A stretch of 54,884 nt of DNA from Burkholderiales bacterium. Its GTDB lineage: Bacteria; Pseudomonadota; Gammaproteobacteria; Burkholderiales; SG8-39. Below, in pieces: positions 54,699 through 54,884 of this stretch. Both the position numbers and the translations under genes were made by a program. The number at the start of each line of letters is the position of its first letter. The first letter of the stretch is position 1. The stretch covers positions 1-54,884 of the forward strand of contig JBQMQE010000003.1 of the NCBI GenBank assembly GCA_052172655.1. The letters run 5' to 3'. The notes beneath the pieces were generated by a model that worked only from the letters and a program-made list of their open reading frames with translations, was not told the DNA's origin and made no database searches.

Positions 54699-54884
54699 TC
54701 GCTCCGTAAGTTTTACCAGGTAGGTATTCTACCTCAGCCGACACTCGGGCGGCTTGACGAGCGCTACTGCCTCACGCCGGTGCCCGAAGATCCATCCCGC
54801 TGGGCGCCCCAGGAACTCCCACGCACCGAAAGGCATTGAAGGCGATACTCAGGACGGAACTGGAATCCAGGAGATCGACATGAA

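Noticed and set aside
54699-54884. A possible plus-strand gene start (AGGAGA-N5-ATG at 54880) at the right edge, and a search for the missing lolD N-terminus upstream of vapB.
   Set aside because: Only 5 nt of the putative ORF are in the window, so it cannot be evaluated. No Walker A-like translation (GxxGxGKS) appears in any frame of 54699..54884.

Overview
This 54.9-kb window is high-GC (roughly 63-65% by eye) core chromosome with betaproteobacterial gene order. No rRNA, CRISPR array, transposase or integrase is visible. All product calls rest on motif and family recognition in the supplied translations, plus my own translation where the ORF track was incomplete; no database search was possible.

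Gene content, left to right:
- Minus-strand NADH dehydrogenase I operon, nuoL (partial) back to nuoA, preceded by tRNA-Leu(GAG), secG and tpiA.
- A REC-PAS-GGDEF-EAL c-di-GMP protein, then ald.
- pstSCAB, with no phoU after pstB.
- The rlmE-ftsH-folP-glmM block, then yhbY.
- greA-carB-carA, then dapB and bamE.
- fur, followed by a UPF0016 (GDT1-like) transporter gene.
- A dense phosphate/polyphosphate neighbourhood: sixA, ppx divergent from ppk1, DUF47-pit, a thiolase, a YkgJ-type Cys-cluster protein, and a tightly coupled relA / CYTH-CHAD / two-domain PPK2 (PAP) unit.
- mtfA, an alpha/beta hydrolase, comEC, a DUF2062 protein and a LysE/RhtB exporter.
- A decayed lolD-like ABC ATPase remnant abutting a vapBC toxin-antitoxin pair at the right edge.

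Many ORF-track starts are over-extended. I trimmed them to starts that fit the upstream gene's stop codon and the family's usual N-terminus.

Most noteworthy observations:
1. The stop/start-overlapped relA / CYTH-CHAD / PAP operon, sitting inside a 13-kb polyphosphate supercluster.
2. A 41-codon hydrophobic mini-ORF, built on a 15-bp tandem repeat, coupled by ATGA and TGATG overlaps between carA and carB.
3. REP-like structured inserts inside the nuo operon, between nuoA and nuoB and between nuoD and nuoE.
4. Direct-repeat arrays in the nuo, ppx/ppk1 and DUF47-pit control regions.
5. A possible Mn-riboswitch-like leader upstream of the UPF0016 gene.
6. The lolD remnant next to vapBC.
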